Notes: a model not told the origin generated them from the letters alone. A DNA stretch of 64,000 nucleotides from Bacteroidaceae bacterium (GCA_017620295.1 JAFZQR010000097.1:2905-66904), one strand, 5' to 3'; counted from the first letter of the stretch, positions 35,930 through 46,068 are shown. Program-made: numbers and translations.

Positions 35930-36732
35930 GCGTTGTATAGTGATATGGTCTCGCGGGCAGCTCGCACGTCGTGAACACGCAGAATGTTTGCGCCCGCTTG
36001 TAAGGCTATGGTGTTGAGTACGGTGGTACCGTTGAGCGACTGTTCGGGGGCGCAATCCAGTGTGCGCCATATCATTGATTTACGTGATATACCTACTAGA
36101 AGTGGAGCTTGCAGGGCCTGCAGGCAGCTGAGGCGGCTCATTAGCTCAAAGTTCTGTTCCAGCGTCTTGCCAAAGCCGAAGCCTGGATCTACCAGAACAT
36201 CTGCCACACCTAACAGATGTAGCTCGTCAAGACGTTGTGCCAGCCACAGGCATACATCTTCTACTGGTGTTGAGGAACTAGTCAGGTCGGCACTATGTGT
36301 AAGAACGTATGGCACCTTTAGCTCCGCTACAGTTCCGAACATCGCCTTGTCCATTTCACCACCGCCAATATCGTTGATAATGTCGGCTCCGAGTTGCTCC
36401 ACGCAACGTCGTGCCACATCAGCACGGAAGGTGTCTATGCTCAGAGGAATGTCGGGCCATTGACGGCGCAGGACAGGCAGAGCCATGTCCAGACGACGCA
36501 TCTCCTCATCAGCAGTGGCAGGCGTACTGCCAGGACGAGTGCTGCATGCTCCGACGTCGATTATGTCGGCTCCGTCGGCTATTAGCTGGCTTGCCTGGCG
36601 CAACACAGCCTCCTCTGTCATGGCCCTGCTGCCAGAGTAAAAGGAGTCGGGAGTGACGTTGAGAATACCCATCACGAGAGGGGTAGAGAGGTCGGTGAGA
36701 TGCTGACGTATGTTGACTGTCATGGATTGCAT
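35908..36732 (-). CDS. folP: Dihydropteroate synthase
   Basis: MGILNVTPDSFYSGSR, DIIDVGACSTRPG and ADIINDIGGG are FolP motifs. The track start at 36750 is TTG; ATGs occur at 36732 and 36723. Confidence 0.9.
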   Translation of the reverse strand: MQSMTVNIRQHLTDLSTPLVMGILNVTPDSFYSGSRAMTEEAVLRQASQLIADGADIIDVGACSTRPGSTPATADEEMRRLDMALPVLRRQWPDIPLSIDTFRADVARRCVEQLGADIINDIGGGEMDKAMFGTVAELKVPYVLTHSADLTSSSTPVEDVCLWLAQRLDELHLLGVADVLVDPGFGFGKTLEQNFELMSRLSCLQALQAPLLVGISRKSMIWRTLDCAPEQSLNGTTVLNTIALQAGANILRVHDVRAARETISLYNACFSHSA

Positions 36733-36838
36733 GGTATAAAGATGCCACAAAGGTAGATATTTTTCGGTATATCGCGGAAAGAAACAGGAACATATATCAA
36801 TAAACCGCTAATGAACAATAACAAATAACCTATGTAGC

Positions 36839-36869
36839 TTTGCTTATATATTAATAATGTGTAGTTTTG
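36839..36869 (+). promoter_or_regulatory. Canonical Bacteroidota promoter: -33 TTTG and -7 TAGTTTTG with a 19-nt spacer
   Basis: TTTG at 36839-36842 and TAGTTTTG at 36862-36869. The LruC-like gene ATG at 36922 is 52 nt downstream. Confidence 0.6.
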
Positions 36870-36921
36870 TTGCCATTCAATAATCTTAAAGTAACCAATT
36901 GATAAGATATAAACTATTTCC

Positions 36922-39228
36922 ATGAAGTTATATAGGTTCTTAACCTTAATGGTCTTGACAGCCATGTTTGTTATGGCTGCTTGTGTCAAGGACTACTATG
37001 ATCCAGAATATATGCAGCAACAGGCACGTAGCGTTTTCCCCATTCGCAACGTGGATGCCAACCATACGTGGGAGACGGTGTCATTAGTGAATGCAACTGT
37101 GGATGCAGACACTGATAGGAGCCTATATATCTATCAGGGCAACCCCTACAGCGAAAGCGATGATGCACGTCTTTTGGCCATCAGGAAGGTGACGGCTGGG
37201 CATAGCACTTTCACTTTCGATGCTCCGTTGGCGCTGGATATGGTATTCGTGGCCATACTGGATGACAACGGGTTGTCAGAAGCTAGGACTGTTACTATTG
37301 AGAATGGGCAGATGGTTCTGAGTCTCACACAGGCTGACAATGCTCGGCAGCACGGCGCACCCATGCATCGCATAGCCACATACGATGACTCGTGGGTTAC
37401 AGATGTCGTGGCAGAGAACACTACATACTTCCCTACTAGTGTGCCAGCCGGAGCCAAGCTGTACAAGGGCGAGTGGAGTACAACAGCCAACATGGTGTAC
37501 TATATCGAGGGAAACAGCTGCAACCAAATCAGTATAGGTAACACAGCCGATTTCTATATATCTGGCGAGGTGACATTGAACAGCATCAGCATAAACAAGC
37601 CTTGGGGCGTGAATGCCAATACTGCACATATCTACCTGCTGCCCAATGCCAAGCTACATCTGCCACAAGGCATGTATGCAGCCTATGATGCTGAGGTGAG
37701 TGTTGGCGCAGGGGCTACCTTGGATTGCGGTACAAGTACCATACAGTTTGCCAATGATTTGGGTGTGATATATAATGCAGGCACCATTACATCTGGAAAG
37801 CTCTATTCGTCAAGTCCGCGTCAGATTTACAATCTAGGCACTATGAACATTGGCGGTGAATGCAACATCACCAATTTCTACGTCATGAATAAGGGTACGT
37901 TTGCATCTGCCGGCAAGCTGGATATTAATAACAGCACTATGTTCATAAATGAAGGTACGCTGTCAGTCAGTTCCAAATTGCAAATCAGCAATGCAGAATC
38001 CAAACTCATCAATCGAGGTATAGTTGAGGCAGGCAGCTACTCGCTCGAAGGTGGTGGCTATACCAAGAACGAGGCAGGCGGCGTCGTGACAATTGCTTCG
38101 AGTACGGCTCTGACTAGCACCAACTCTTCGTGGGACAATGAGGGGCAATGGACAACCGAGACCTTTTCCCTGACCTCCATTTCAAATAATTGGATCAATG
38201 CCTGCCAACTGTATGTGAAGGGCAACTTCTACTGCTCTCTCAGCGATGGTGACGGAGGACTCAACATTGATGGCGGCGGATACATGGAGTGTGCCACGGC
38301 AAACATAAGCAACATTCGCATCAACCTAGGTTCAAAGGCTCAGTTCAACTGTAAGGGAACTGCCACATTCGGATGGACAAATCCCTCCTACCAAGGCTTC
38401 TATGGGGTGGGCAGTGAATTAGGCGTGGTTCGACTGAAGAAGGCAGTGGAAGCTAATTCTGGCAAAGCCAATGCCATGCAGTATGGCGGTAATCTCATTG
38501 TGGCATGTGACGACCACTTTAAGCGTGTGCTGGATGGCGATGCAGGTTATAACTATAAGATACATGGTGATAACGTTAGCTTCACATCATATTCTGGCGG
38601 TCTCTTCTCAATTGATGCAACGACCTGTGCGCCTGAGCTGACACCTCAGCCTGCAACATTGCCAACGACTCCGCAAATCTACACCTATGCTTTTGAGGAT
38701 ATGACCCTCCAAACTGGCGACTTTGATTTCAATGATGTCGTGTTCACGCTCTCTTCACCTATCGACAATAAGGTGACATTGACGCTTCTGGCTGTAGGTG
38801 CCACAAAGACAATGTCACTCTGTTGGAAACGCGATAGCGGTAACTCTGACAATATAGAGACAATCTTTGCGGATCTGCACTCTACTTTGGCTGTGCCACA
38901 AGGACAGATTACCAACACATTCCAAGACGGACATAATTATGCAACACCTGTTTCTACGGTGATAGAGGTTCCTGAAGGCTTCACTCTCGCTGCCAACGGC
39001 GACTTCTTTATTGCCGACAGCTATGGAACAGTCCATCTGCCAAGCTTCACCGAGGGCTTTGTGCCTGGCGATGTGCCATACGCTATCTGCGTTCCTGGAC
39101 AATGGCTTTGGCCAGTGGAGTTCATGGTGGTTAATGAAGCCTACCCTGAATTCTCGTTATGGGCACAGGATGCCACTCAGGATATGTTGTGGTATGATAC
39201 TCCCGTTGAATCGCGCATTGTGAAATAA
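36922..39228 (+). CDS. LruC-domain (DUF4842) lipoprotein with a central beta-helix-like repeat region
   Basis: Lipobox (LTAMFVMAAC). C-terminal YAFEDMTLQTGDFDFNDVVFTL...LLAVGATKTMSL...WPVEFMVVNEAYPEF is typical of LruC domains. The middle is rich in NxG/short beta repeats. Confidence 0.75.
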   Translation: MKLYRFLTLMVLTAMFVMAACVKDYYDPEYMQQQARSVFPIRNVDANHTWETVSLVNATVDADTDRSLYIYQGNPYSESDDARLLAIRKVTAGHSTFTFDAPLALDMVFVAILDDNGLSEARTVTIENGQMVLSLTQADNARQHGAPMHRIATYDDSWVTDVVAENTTYFPTSVPAGAKLYKGEWSTTANMVYYIEGNSCNQISIGNTADFYISGEVTLNSISINKPWGVNANTAHIYLLPNAKLHLPQGMYAAYDAEVSVGAGATLDCGTSTIQFANDLGVIYNAGTITSGKLYSSSPRQIYNLGTMNIGGECNITNFYVMNKGTFASAGKLDINNSTMFINEGTLSVSSKLQISNAESKLINRGIVEAGSYSLEGGGYTKNEAGGVVTIASSTALTSTNSSWDNEGQWTTETFSLTSISNNWINACQLYVKGNFYCSLSDGDGGLNIDGGGYMECATANISNIRINLGSKAQFNCKGTATFGWTNPSYQGFYGVGSELGVVRLKKAVEANSGKANAMQYGGNLIVACDDHFKRVLDGDAGYNYKIHGDNVSFTSYSGGLFSIDATTCAPELTPQPATLPTTPQIYTYAFEDMTLQTGDFDFNDVVFTLSSPIDNKVTLTLLAVGATKTMSLCWKRDSGNSDNIETIFADLHSTLAVPQGQITNTFQDGHNYATPVSTVIEVPEGFTLAANGDFFIADSYGTVHLPSFTEGFVPGDVPYAICVPGQWLWPVEFMVVNEAYPEFSLWAQDATQDMLWYDTPVESRIVK

Positions 39229-39254
39229 TATGAACTCCCAATAACCTCAAGACC

Positions 39255-41354
39255 ATGAAACATTCACTCTTCTATCTTGCCGTATGTCTGATTGCTGGCA
39301 CGACAATAATCAGTAGCTGTTCCGACGACAATTCCGTTGAAACCAAACCTCTGTGGACACAGGCGCAGGCGGAGAACGCCTATGTTGCCGGCTTCGACAG
39401 CATATTGGGAAGCGTAAACTCAGGGCAGGATTGGACCACGGTTCGCGTACTGAACGCCAGAGTCTCTGTTAACTTGGAACTTGGTTCTGACTACACGGTT
39501 GCTATTTACAATCGTAATCCGCTGTCAACGGACGCTTCCCTCCTTGCTATCGGCACGGTATCAGAAGGTCAGACAGCTAATATCTATTTTGATGCCCCTT
39601 ACTCCCAGACTTATTTCTTCGTGGCTCTCTTTGATGCCAAGGGTGGTGTCTTGGTGGAGAACGTTGGATTGACAGATGGTGTGCTGGTTGTGAACTTTGG
39701 AGCTAATGGAGGCAAGAAAGCTCCGCAGCGTGTAACAGAAGAGGAGGCTGCTGCTTATGCACGAACAGCAAACAACTTCCTTAATCCTGTAATCCAAGGC
39801 GTAGATGTCGCTGCTATCACAGAGATGGCTATGCAGGCGTATCCAACTTTAACCAACGACAGCCTTGCCAACGATACATTGGGGGGCAAGCTCTATCGTG
39901 TTGACCCAGAGACCGAGGTTACAGAGATGTTTTACATCAATGGTGACGACTCCATTGTGAATGATGCTGTCATCTATGTTCAGGGACGACTTCACCTTAA
40001 AGCCGATACCATCAAGGCTGTTACATTTGTCGTCGCCGACGGCGGAGAGCTTATCTTTGATGGCTCAGAGTGTAACATTGGTTCGTCTGGTCGCATGGTA
40101 GTGCTGGCTGGCGGTAGGGTTTCAAGTAGCGTTTCAGATGCAATACTTAATATTGATAATGGACAGTGGTACTACAATGCTGGAGAGGTAGCTTTCAACG
40201 GAACATTCAATATCAATAACTCCACATTCTACAACTGTGGTAGGGTAGAGACTGACGTTATAACGGCTACCACTGATGGCTCTAGCTTTACCAACTTCGG
40301 TAGAGTGGTGGCACGTACAAACCGTGTGCAGGATGATGACTACCAATGTCGGTATGTCAATGCATGCTATCTCCAATTCACGGAAGATGCTGCTCTTGGA
40401 GGCATCGTGATACTCGGCAACAGCCGTGTCGATATAGGTCGCAATGCTTATTTCAACGGAGAAAACCAGATGGATAATGCCAGTGCTATCGTTGTGGCTG
40501 GTAAGACAGTTCTTCAACCCAACACAGTATTCAGTGGCCCAACTGGTGACGGTACTTTTGCGATACTAAAGCCAAACAAGATACAGGTGGCAGAAATCGG
40601 CAACGGAGACATCAACAACAACATCTATCTTGACTGGGAGGAAAGTGAGTATTACGATGGCGATGGCAATAAGTATGATATGACCAGCCGTTGGTCGGAT
40701 GGCTACCTGTTCCTTAACAGAATTGAGCATTGGGTTAAGGAAGACATAGCTCCCGACTTCATCAGCATCGAAGCTGGTGATTGTACCGGCTCTGGCTATA
40801 ATGTGGTAGAGGAGGGCGCACCTGACCCAACTCCTGTTTCGCCTTGGACTACTCCCTCATATTTCACCATCGCGTTTGAGAGTCTTGGTCCCAATCCCGA
40901 CTATGATTTCAACGACGTGGTGCTTTATGTCGTGCGCGACGTACAAACTAACAAAGCTAATGTGCAGCTGATGGCTGTTGGAGATACATTGCCTGTGACG
41001 GTTAAGTACAATGGGGAGACCATCATAACAAAGAATGACAGTCGAGTGGTAAATGCTACAGGCTACAGGAATGTGATAGCCACAGCGTCTGACTTGGACT
41101 TCTCTGATGCTATCCTCGATCTTAGGAAGTTCTCGGTTGAGTTCGACTACTCTGGCTCGTCTGTCGTTGTGACAAGTTCCAATGTCAAGGGAAATGCACC
41201 TCAGGCACTTATTATCCCAGGCAAGTGGAGCTGGCCTTCAGAAGGCATAGGAATATCGGTTGCCTATCCGTATTTCTCCGAGTGGATATCGGGCATAAAA
41301 GACAATGGCTGGTACACCGCTCCTGTAGCGGAAAAAGTCATTATCGCAAAGTAG
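39255..41354 (+). CDS. LruC-domain (DUF4842) lipoprotein, tandem paralog
   Basis: Lipobox (TTIISSC). IAFESLGPNPDYDFNDVVLYV...LMAVGDTLPV...WSWPSEGIGISVAYPYF. Same three-part architecture as 36922-39228. Confidence 0.75.
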   Translation: MKHSLFYLAVCLIAGTTIISSCSDDNSVETKPLWTQAQAENAYVAGFDSILGSVNSGQDWTTVRVLNARVSVNLELGSDYTVAIYNRNPLSTDASLLAIGTVSEGQTANIYFDAPYSQTYFFVALFDAKGGVLVENVGLTDGVLVVNFGANGGKKAPQRVTEEEAAAYARTANNFLNPVIQGVDVAAITEMAMQAYPTLTNDSLANDTLGGKLYRVDPETEVTEMFYINGDDSIVNDAVIYVQGRLHLKADTIKAVTFVVADGGELIFDGSECNIGSSGRMVVLAGGRVSSSVSDAILNIDNGQWYYNAGEVAFNGTFNINNSTFYNCGRVETDVITATTDGSSFTNFGRVVARTNRVQDDDYQCRYVNACYLQFTEDAALGGIVILGNSRVDIGRNAYFNGENQMDNASAIVVAGKTVLQPNTVFSGPTGDGTFAILKPNKIQVAEIGNGDINNNIYLDWEESEYYDGDGNKYDMTSRWSDGYLFLNRIEHWVKEDIAPDFISIEAGDCTGSGYNVVEEGAPDPTPVSPWTTPSYFTIAFESLGPNPDYDFNDVVLYVVRDVQTNKANVQLMAVGDTLPVTVKYNGETIITKNDSRVVNATGYRNVIATASDLDFSDAILDLRKFSVEFDYSGSSVVVTSSNVKGNAPQALIIPGKWSWPSEGIGISVAYPYFSEWISGIKDNGWYTAPVAEKVIIAK

Positions 41355-42426
41355 CCACGATGTATTCCGACTGGGTGCCGATGCGGAACTTGCCGCCCCA
41401 GATGCCCATGCCTGACGAAACATAGAACTGTGTGTGGCCACGTTGATGGCTACCCCACGAACATTCATACATCGCATCTGTAATCCAGTTAAGCGGCCAT
41501 ACCTGTCCACGATGGGTGTGGCCGCTCAGCTGAAAGTCAACACCTGCATGTTCAGAACGCTCCAGATGGTAGGGCTGATGGTCAAGAACTATTGTGTAGT
41601 TGGATTTGTCGGCTGCTGACATGAGTGCTTCTATACTCTTACGCCCGACATTGGTGCGGTCGTCACGGCCTATGATGGTGATGGCGTTGTCGAACACAGC
41701 TGCGCTGTCGCTTAGTAGCTGGATACCTGCATCCTTATAGAACTGTTGGGCAGCGGGCGAGCCACTGTAATACTCATGGTTGCCCAGACAGGCATAGACA
41801 GGAGCGTTGAGCCTCCGGAACTCTGCTGCCATATTCTCTTCAATAAGCGGATGCACACTGATATCTATGATGTCGCCAGCTATCAGTACAACATCGGGCT
41901 GTTCGGCATTGACCATATCTACCCATCTAGCTAGCTCAGGGCGTGGATTGTGGTAGCCGAGGTGCAGGTCGGAGAGCATCACAACCTTGTATTCGCGAGG
42001 TAGCGGCTTGGATGATTTCAAACTAATAGGTACGCGTACCTTATTATTATAATGGATGTTTCCGTAGATTAGCACAGTTGTCAGCAGACCAAACAAGCAT
42101 ATAGCCATTGTCCAGTTGTCGTAAACCCATGTCTTCGGGACTATCCGAACAAGCCTGCCAAGGTCCACTATTAGGAACAGCATTACTGCATAGAGCAGCA
42201 CAATCACAGATGAGGTGCCAATGGCATACAGCACTTGGGCTACAGGAAGCGGGAACTTGTCAAGACTGCCCGTGAAATCTAGAAAGAGTGTGAGAAAACT
42301 CAGCACACCAGCTGAGATGATAGCCGTTTTCCATCCCCACGCCAGCGGTAGCAAAACCCAAATATGCCATGATACGTATGCAATACCAGCCAATGGCAGC
42401 ATCATAAATAAGAATATCCAAATCAT
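41341..42426 (-). CDS. Membrane-anchored metallophosphoesterase (YkuE-like)
   Basis: Four N-terminal TM helices, then LSDLHLG, GDIID, GNHEYY and GHTHRGQ. Confidence 0.8.
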   Translation of the reverse strand: MIWIFLFMMLPLAGIAYVSWHIWVLLPLAWGWKTAIISAGVLSFLTLFLDFTGSLDKFPLPVAQVLYAIGTSSVIVLLYAVMLFLIVDLGRLVRIVPKTWVYDNWTMAICLFGLLTTVLIYGNIHYNNKVRVPISLKSSKPLPREYKVVMLSDLHLGYHNPRPELARWVDMVNAEQPDVVLIAGDIIDISVHPLIEENMAAEFRRLNAPVYACLGNHEYYSGSPAAQQFYKDAGIQLLSDSAAVFDNAITIIGRDDRTNVGRKSIEALMSAADKSNYTIVLDHQPYHLERSEHAGVDFQLSGHTHRGQVWPLNWITDAMYECSWGSHQRGHTQFYVSSGMGIWGGKFRIGTQSEYIVATLR

Positions 42427-42486
42427 AATAATGAGATAGTCAGTCTGGTAATTGGCGCAAAGGTATGTAAAAAAAGTGCTATAGGC

Positions 42487-42518
42487 TTTGGCTGGTAGAA
42501 AGAATTAAAGTAATTTTG
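42487..42518 (+). promoter_or_regulatory. Canonical promoter for rplU-rpmA: -33 TTTG and -7 TAATTTTG with a 20-nt spacer
   Basis: TTTG at 42487-42490 and TAATTTTG at 42511-42518. This leaves an approx 85-nt leader before the rplU ATG at 42610. Confidence 0.55.
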
Positions 42519-42609
42519 CAGCCGATTTGATGCCGTGGAGGCTATACAAGCAGTGCCACAGTGGCTACTCGCCTCGCGGTGAAACCCGTTAAATACATAA
42601 TAATCACAA

Positions 42610-42927
42610 ATGTACGCAATCGTAGAGATTAACGGTCAGCAGTTTAAGGCTGAGGCTGGCAAGAAGCTGTTCGTACAGCATATTGCTGCTGCCGAGGCAG
42701 GTCAGGCTGTTGAATTTGAGAAGGTACTGCTCGTTGACAATGAGGGTACAATCACAGTAGGCGCTCCAACTGTAGAGGGTGCTAAGGTAGTGGCAGAAGT
42801 AGTTAGCCCACTCGTGAAGGGTGAGAAGGTACTGGTCTTCCACAAGAAACGCCGCAAAGGCTATCGCAAGCTCAATGGCCATCGCCAGCAGTTCAGCGAG
42901 ATCGTGATTAAGGAAATTGTTGCATAA
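42610..42927 (+). CDS. rplU: 50S ribosomal protein L21
   Basis: [22 protein letters not shown]... and ...[16 protein letters not shown] are hallmark L21 sequence. Confidence 0.95.
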   Translation: MYAIVEINGQQFKAEAGKKLFVQHIAAAEAGQAVEFEKVLLVDNEGTITVGAPTVEGAKVVAEVVSPLVKGEKVLVFHKKRRKGYRKLNGHRQQFSEIVIKEIVA

Positions 42928-42948
42928 CCACTAAAGAGACTAAGAAAC

Positions 42949-43212
42949 ATGGCACACAAAAAAGGTGTAGGTAGTTCAAAGAACGGTCGCGAGTCAGCAG
43001 CACAGCGACTCGGCGTGAAGATATTTGGTGGTCAGCAGTGTGTAGCTGGCAATGTTATTGTCCGCCAGCGTGGTACACAGCACTATCCCGGCCAGAATGT
43101 AGGCATGGGAAGTGATCACACACTCTATGCTCTTGTTGACGGAACCGTGATTTTCAAGAAGGGTCGTCTCGACCGTTCCACAGTTTCCGTTGAGCCTCTT
43201 CAGGTGAACTAA
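42949..43212 (+). CDS. rpmA: 50S ribosomal protein L27
   Basis: [29 protein letters not shown]...VRQRGT is hallmark L27 sequence. Confidence 0.95.
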   Translation: MAHKKGVGSSKNGRESAAQRLGVKIFGGQQCVAGNVIVRQRGTQHYPGQNVGMGSDHTLYALVDGTVIFKKGRLDRSTVSVEPLQVN

Positions 43213-43249
43213 CACCTGTCGCGCTCCAAGCAGCGTCAACTCAAAATCA

Positions 43250-43288
43250 TTAAGTCCTGTCCCGACACAAGTTCGAGGCAGGACTTAA
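43250..43288. terminator. Hairpin between convergent rpmA and the 13-gene locus (possible bidirectional terminator)
   Basis: Perfect 10-bp inverted repeat ttaagtcctg (43250-43259) / caggacttaa (43279-43288) with a 19-nt loop. AT-rich flanks; no long T-run. Confidence 0.45.
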
Positions 43289-43319
43289 TTATTAATCAAA
43301 CATGCATATACTGCACATA

Positions 43320-44021
43320 TTATCTGATTATATATTTCTTGCCGTTAATAATATGTAATCCGCGATTTGCTTGTGTGACTCTCGTACCATCAATGTTGTA
43401 CACTTCTGGCGTTGTCTGTGTGGCTTCTATAGAGTTTAAGGCATTTGGCTTCGGTGTGCAGGTTGTCATTGTATAGACAGCGGGTTTGTTCGGGTCAATC
43501 ATTGAAGTTAGTTGTGTGTCAAACAAAACCCATGCCCTTTCTCCTGTCTGTTGATTGATGGGTGTGAACTGTGCTGCTTCGTCATATACTGGTTTGTTGT
43601 CTGGGATTGTGTCGTAGCAGTTAACCACGTAGTGTAGTTCGCCATCTCCTATATATATCATCATATCCAGTGTTGAGTCGGAGCAGACATTGTAGGTAAG
43701 AATGCAACTGATAGAATCATAAGTATATGTGCCTTCCTCGTGTTTAAGTGTAAATGACGGAGTGTCGTGCCCGATATGTCCGCGTGTCTCATTGGTGAAA
43801 GACAAATCGGGGTTAAGAGACAGTGTGCGCTCAACGTTAATTGCTATTTTGGCATTGGGATCCATCCCGATATATGTGCCAATCCATTCACTTTGGAGAT
43901 AACTTAGTTGGGGCTTGTAGTTGGTGTCTATCGCAAATGGTATGTTACCTTGTGCTGATAGTGCATGGCTGCACAGAAGCATCATAAAGGTTGTGCAGGT
44001 TGTTAGGCATGATAGTTTCAT
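43320..44021 (-). CDS. Secreted lipocalin-like family protein (paralog 1) with a short T9SS-CTD-like tail
   Basis: Signal peptide. Shares the W(I/V)GxYxGxD...R(T/H)xxL...E(H/E)GTY...DS motif set with 45454-46068 and 59102-59734. The C-terminus VYNIDGTRVTQANRGLHIINGKKYIIR resembles T9SS tails. Confidence 0.55.
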   Translation of the reverse strand: MKLSCLTTCTTFMMLLCSHALSAQGNIPFAIDTNYKPQLSYLQSEWIGTYIGMDPNAKIAINVERTLSLNPDLSFTNETRGHIGHDTPSFTLKHEEGTYTYDSISCILTYNVCSDSTLDMMIYIGDGELHYVVNCYDTIPDNKPVYDEAAQFTPINQQTGERAWVLFDTQLTSMIDPNKPAVYTMTTCTPKPNALNSIEATQTTPEVYNIDGTRVTQANRGLHIINGKKYIIR

Positions 44022-44097
44022 AGTTGTTGTTATTTGTTTTTGTAGTTGGGACGTCGTTCACGGTTGTGGGTTTATTGTAGTCTTGCCAAGAACTGAT

Positions 44098-44883
44098 CTA
44101 ACGTGACCCTCCGATATGGAAAAGTAGTGCTAATGAAAACATCTGAGTGTGGGGGGTGGCGAGGGGCTTCTCATAGTTAAGCATTAAGAGTGCGGTTTTA
44201 TGTTTGTCCAGGTCTATCGTTACTCCACCAGCCAATACTACACATTCCTTATCCCTGGTCATATCTACTGTGTTAGGGCTTGTGTAATGTTTATTGCTGT
44301 GGGCTATGGGCAGGTGGAGACGTGTACCGGTATTGAAATGTATGAGATGACGCTGGGGGCCCAATAAACTTATTCCTGCGAATATATTTGCTGCCAACTG
44401 GTGTATATCATGCCCCAGCATAGCCCACTGTAGTCCTGACCCTAGACATAGATTGAAGTCTTCTGATGGTCCCACGCCCAATCTGATGTCAACAGGCAAT
44501 GTCATCTTGAGCTCGTCGCTTGTGTCTTCCGAATAATATGATGCTGTGGAGAGCATCAATGATGATATGATTTCATAGTTGAATTGTTTTGAGACATAGT
44601 AGTGAAAATCATAGACACACCCTAATCCAATATCCTTGAACGTGTTGGAGCCATTATCACTATTACTCGCATTGGCCTGAGTGTCGCCGCTGCTGAATAG
44701 TGAAGGCTTGCCTACGTATGCTCTTGCAGCAACAAATCCAAACTGATGTACAGTTCCTGTATAACCATTGTATGGACTGTCACCTTGAGCTGCATCATCT
44801 CCATCGTACATGGCTTTAGCTTGTAGTGAGAATACGGCCGTTAACAATATAATTGATGATAAGAAACGTATTTTAGAAAGCAT
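44098..44883 (-). CDS. Putative small outer-membrane beta-barrel protein
   Basis: Signal peptide (AVFSLQAKA), Gly/aromatic-rich alternating strands, 261 aa. It lacks a canonical terminal aromatic residue. Confidence 0.45.
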   Translation of the reverse strand: MLSKIRFLSSIILLTAVFSLQAKAMYDGDDAAQGDSPYNGYTGTVHQFGFVAARAYVGKPSLFSSGDTQANASNSDNGSNTFKDIGLGCVYDFHYYVSKQFNYEIISSLMLSTASYYSEDTSDELKMTLPVDIRLGVGPSEDFNLCLGSGLQWAMLGHDIHQLAANIFAGISLLGPQRHLIHFNTGTRLHLPIAHSNKHYTSPNTVDMTRDKECVVLAGGVTIDLDKHKTALLMLNYEKPLATPHTQMFSLALLFHIGGSR

Positions 44884-45457
44884 ATCCTAATCCAATGGTT
44901 AATAGCGGTATTTCTTTCCACATATAAGTAACTCCTATTTCGGCTAACCAATGTTTCCAAGGCTTAATAGACAGACCTGTCTCCATGGGCATTGTGTTAT
45001 AGATAAAGGTGGTTTTTTCATCTGTTGGCAACTCACTGTTCGTCAAATCTGATGCCAGATTGTCTTGGGACAAATCAGCAATAAAGCCCCATCCTATCTG
45101 TCCATATAACCCAAGGACATTGCTAAACCAATGTGTCCATCCAGCTGCTATCAAACCGGCGTATAGGTGTTCGGTTGAGGGGGCGGTTGCACTTGGAATA
45201 CCTATAATTTCGGGCATGAACTTACGCCAAGCGTTGTGCCTCGTAGGCTTGCCGTAAGCAATGGCAAATCTAAGCATCTCCGATGAATGCCTGCTTTTGG
45301 GCAGTGTTATATTCCAGCCCGCTTCATAGTATAGCTGTGAAATGCGTATAGAAACGGAATTCGAGGGATGTATGTAGGCATCCTGTGCCATTGCTGTGGC
45401 TATATTGTAGGATATCACAATGGCAAATACTAGTTTATATGTGAATAATGCTTTCAT
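44873..45457 (-). CDS. Putative small outer-membrane beta-barrel protein
   Basis: Signal peptide (IATAMAQ), alternating beta pattern, and the C-terminal ...LLTIGLGYAF OMP signature. Confidence 0.55.
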   Translation of the reverse strand: MKALFTYKLVFAIVISYNIATAMAQDAYIHPSNSVSIRISQLYYEAGWNITLPKSRHSSEMLRFAIAYGKPTRHNAWRKFMPEIIGIPSATAPSTEHLYAGLIAAGWTHWFSNVLGLYGQIGWGFIADLSQDNLASDLTNSELPTDEKTTFIYNTMPMETGLSIKPWKHWLAEIGVTYMWKEIPLLTIGLGYAF

Positions 45458-46068
45458 TGCAGACGCGACATCATATAATAAAGGGCCGACGTACTGTCTT
45501 CGGCATTTCTTAAGGTCTCATCAAAGCGAACCCAGCGCCGCTGACGATTATGTTCGGGAGTAAACCATATGCTCTCTTCATATTGACTCAAGATTCCTTC
45601 GCCAACCCTCAGTTTGCCTGGATTGTACTCTAACTTACCAGTAAGGAAGTTTACAAGCGAGTCATATTCCACTTGATAATATAGCATTCTATTCTCTTGT
45701 ATGAGCAAATAGGTGCCATGTTCGTGTTCAAAGTCAATAAATTGTGTATGCTGCTCTGTGCTGTCTGACTCTTTAAGCATCAGGCCTCTGACATAATTAT
45801 CGTAACTGCCATCGGGATGAAGTTTTGTATGCCGTTGTATCTTGCACAGTGTCTGCTGCCTTGGGTTGGCGTCAAATCCCAAATACTCAGCCCGCCACTC
45901 GCCGACAAGGAATTCCTTGTCGGCGGTGAATGCAGAGTCGATAATCACTAACGTTGAGTCGAATGTTTCAGATCCTGCAGATGATGAGATATCATCGTCA
46001 TCTGGTATGCAGGCACATAACGATAAAACTAGTGAGATGTATATTAGATATAACCTTGGCTTATTCAT
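45454..46068 (-). CDS. Lipocalin-like family lipoprotein (paralog 2)
   Basis: The ATG at 46068 gives the lipobox MNKPRLYLIYISLVLSLCAC, 1 nt after the upstream stop. Motifs GEWRAEYLGFD, QRHTKL, EHGTY and YDSLVNF are shared with paralogs 1 and 3. Confidence 0.6.
   Translation of the reverse strand: MNKPRLYLIYISLVLSLCACIPDDDDISSSAGSETFDSTLVIIDSAFTADKEFLVGEWRAEYLGFDANPRQQTLCKIQRHTKLHPDGSYDNYVRGLMLKESDSTEQHTQFIDFEHEHGTYLLIQENRMLYYQVEYDSLVNFLTGKLEYNPGKLRVGEGILSQYEESIWFTPEHNRQRRWVRFDETLRNAEDSTSALYYMMSRLQ

Noticed and set aside
35157-36463. 172-aa and 159-aa plus-strand ORFs
   Set aside because: They are antisense to cdaA and folP respectively, both of which have unmistakable motifs on the minus strand.
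42519-42609. Possible ribosomal-protein leader structure in the ~85-nt rplU 5' UTR
   Set aside because: The only obvious palindrome (gccacagtggc) would leave a 1-nt loop, and other pairings need several mismatches. The evidence is insufficient without covariation data.
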